Assembly (NCBI GenBank): GCA_965216785.1
Contig: OZ244197.1
Coordinates: 960,001 to 1,024,000, forward strand
Reading direction: 5' to 3'
Length of the DNA stretch: 64,000 nt
Source: Thermodesulfobacteriota bacterium
GTDB taxonomy: Bacteria; Desulfobacterota_D; UBA1144; Nemesobacterales; UBA2774
Shown piece by piece: positions 62,176 through 64,000 of the stretch (within the stretch, counting starts at the first letter, position 1; each line of letters begins with the position of its first letter). The translations under genes were made by a program, and so were the position numbers. The notes beneath the pieces are model-generated. The model saw only the letters and a list, made by a program, of their open reading frames with translations. It made no database searches and had not been told where the DNA came from.

Positions 62176-63081
62176 ATGGAATTACATCAATTAAGATACT
62201 TTGTCGCAGTCGCCGAGAGCGGAGGATTTAGTAAGGCCGCAAAGAGGTGCTTTGTTGCCCAGCCTTCGCTGAGCCAGCAGATTATTAAGCTTGAGGCCGA
62301 GCTTGGCAGTAAACTCTTTGACAGATTGGGCAGGAGCGTCGTGCTTACAGAAACAGGTAAAGCGCTGTTGCCAAAAGCAAGGCTTATACTGTCTGAGGCC
62401 GATAATATTAAGACCGGTATAGCGGAAGAAGTGGACTCGGGAGCGGGAACCCTGAGCGTAGGAATTATCCCGACAATCGCCCCTTACATGCTGCCTGGCT
62501 CATTGAAGAGGTTTTCTGAATCTTTTCCTCGGGCCAAAATGGCGCTAAGTGAAAACCTGACAGAGAATCTTGTTGAAGGACTGCTCGATCTTGAGATCGA
62601 TATTGCTGTTATGAGCCTTCCGATCGACAATAAGCTTGTTCAGACAGAGGTTTTATTCGACGACCCTCTGGTGCTGGCGCTTTCTCCTGAGCATCCTTTA
62701 GCTAAAGCCAAAGAGATTAGTATTGGCGATCTTAAGGAAATCCCATTCATTGCTCTTGGAGAGGAGCAGTGCCTTGGGGAACAGGTAAAAAATTTTTGTT
62801 ATGAAAGACAGATCAATCCCGATATAATTTGCAGGACCTGGAACCTATCCACCATACAGCAGTTCGTATCGCTGGGGGACGGGGTGTCGCTAGTGCCAAA
62901 GATGTTTGTTAATACGGACACTTCCGCCACTTGTATTTATAGGAATATTGAAGACCAGACGCCTGCGCGCACGATCGTTGCGGCCTGGCATAAACATAGA
63001 AAGCCTTCCATGCTGGCTAAAGGTTTCATCCGAATTATTCAGGAGGAATACGAGTCCCTGCTAAGGTCTCGGGATATTTAG
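62176..63081 (+). CDS. oxyR: LysR-family peroxide sensor
   Basis: LysR HTH (FSKAAKRCFVAQPSLS), IPTIAPY, redox Cys-x8-Cys QCLGEQVKNFC; divergent from katG; start ATG 62176. Confidence 0.85.
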   Translation: MELHQLRYFVAVAESGGFSKAAKRCFVAQPSLSQQIIKLEAELGSKLFDRLGRSVVLTETGKALLPKARLILSEADNIKTGIAEEVDSGAGTLSVGIIPTIAPYMLPGSLKRFSESFPRAKMALSENLTENLVEGLLDLEIDIAVMSLPIDNKLVQTEVLFDDPLVLALSPEHPLAKAKEISIGDLKEIPFIALGEEQCLGEQVKNFCYERQINPDIICRTWNLSTIQQFVSLGDGVSLVPKMFVNTDTSATCIYRNIEDQTPARTIVAAWHKHRKPSMLAKGFIRIIQEEYESLLRSRDI

Positions 63082-63099
63082 TAAACTTTACATTCTAAG

Positions 63100-64000
63100 A
63101 TGAAAAAAATATATCTGGACAATAACGCGACAACCCCTCTTGACCCAAGGGTTTATGAGGAGATGCTCCCGCACTTAAAGGAAAATTTCGGAAACCCCTC
63201 CAGCATTCACATGTTCGGGCGCAGCGCGAAGGCCGCGCTTGATACGGCAAGGGAGCAGGTTGCGGGGCTAGTCTCGGCAAGACTCAAGGAGATCGTGTTT
63301 ACCTCAGGCGGTAGCGAAAGCAATAACTACGCTATAAAGGGTGCAGCTATAAACCAGAGAGACAGAGGGAAAACGCACCTCATTACGAGTAGTGTAGAGC
63401 ACGAATCCGCCTTATATACTTTCAGATACCTTGAGTCCGAGGGATTTCGGGTTACGTATCTTGGTGTAGATAGTCAGGGAATGATAGATTTAGATGAGCT
63501 CGGGGATTCCATTACGGAAGAGACTGCGCTTGTCTCCTGTATGTACGCGAACAACGAGACGGGCGTAGTGATGCCCATTTATAAAATCGCCGAAATCGTG
63601 AAGGAGAAAGGAGCGCTTTTTCATACAGACGCGGTTCAGGCCGCAGGAAAGCTAAATGTCGATGTTACTCAGATACCGGCGGATTTACTCTCTTTATCGG
63701 CACACAAGATCTACGGGCCCAAGGGCACAGGAGCGCTCTTCGTTAGGTCTGATCCCGCTCAGGAATCAGTCCTTCGAACTTTAATTCACGGCGGCGGACA
63801 GGAAAGGGGTAAACGCTCAGGCACAGAAAATTTGACGGGGATAGTCGGGTTTGGCGAGGCGTGCGAGATTGCTCAAAAAGAATTAGCCGGCGATAGGGAG
63901 AGAATAAAGCCTTTAAGAGATATGCTTCTTGAGAGAATAACAAATGAAATTGCAGATGTGAGGTGTCATGGAAACCCTGACGATACGCTCTGGAATACAC
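63100..64000 (+). CDS. iscS: Cysteine desulfurase (IscS/NifS type), 3' end beyond the window
   Basis: Manual translation MKKIYLDNNATTP, FGNPSS, FTSGGSE, ANNETG, HTDAVQA, SAHKIYGPKG, GGGQERGKRSGTEN; not in the ORF track. Confidence 0.92.
   Translation, partial: MKKIYLDNNATTPLDPRVYEEMLPHLKENFGNPSSIHMFGRSAKAALDTAREQVAGLVSARLKEIVFTSGGSESNNYAIKGAAINQRDRGKTHLITSSVEHESALYTFRYLESEGFRVTYLGVDSQGMIDLDELGDSITEETALVSCMYANNETGVVMPIYKIAEIVKEKGALFHTDAVQAAGKLNVDVTQIPADLLSLSAHKIYGPKGTGALFVRSDPAQESVLRTLIHGGGQERGKRSGTENLTGIVGFGEACEIAQKELAGDRERIKPLRDMLLERITNEIADVRCHGNPDDTLWNT

Noticed and set aside
63095-64000. Minus-strand ORFs 63095-63280 and 63743-64000
   Set aside because: Antisense to the open-ended cysteine desulfurase on the + strand

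Overview
Gene-dense bacterial chromosomal segment, mid-40s % GC by eye, made up mostly of housekeeping genes with no prophage, IS transposase or CRISPR array. Gene content (exosortase H with IPTL-CTERM, short hisG, DapL, GshA, type II EgtB) suggests a deltaproteobacteria-like lineage such as Ca. Dadabacteria; this is inference only. In order: egtD(partial)-egtB, prmC-murA-hisG, a Pho-box-driven pstSCAB-arsC-phoU operon, gntK, hisC-tyrA, hspQ, mutS, yraN, groESL, speB, radC, xrtH plus partner, a c-di-GMP-I riboswitch ahead of an SLT-SPOR protein, a FadF-like oxidoreductase, pabBC, a probable oriC with a perfect parS, mnmE, dapL, a GT2, an IPTL-CTERM protein, purB, DsbA-like, RDD, gshA, clcA, argH, glk, tilS, ihfA, pheT (no adjacent pheS), katG/oxyR and iscS (partial). 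Most notable observations: (1) a candidate Pho-regulated ~60-nt sRNA; (2) a modular hairpin repeat family with an 81-bp unit that is also translated in frame inside the RDD gene; (3) a readable expression platform for the riboswitch; (4) a fossil IPTL-CTERM tail; (5) a DsbA-like protein with a triplicated DsbC-N-like module; (6) oriC/parS away from dnaA. All product calls come from motif recognition by eye; no searches were run.
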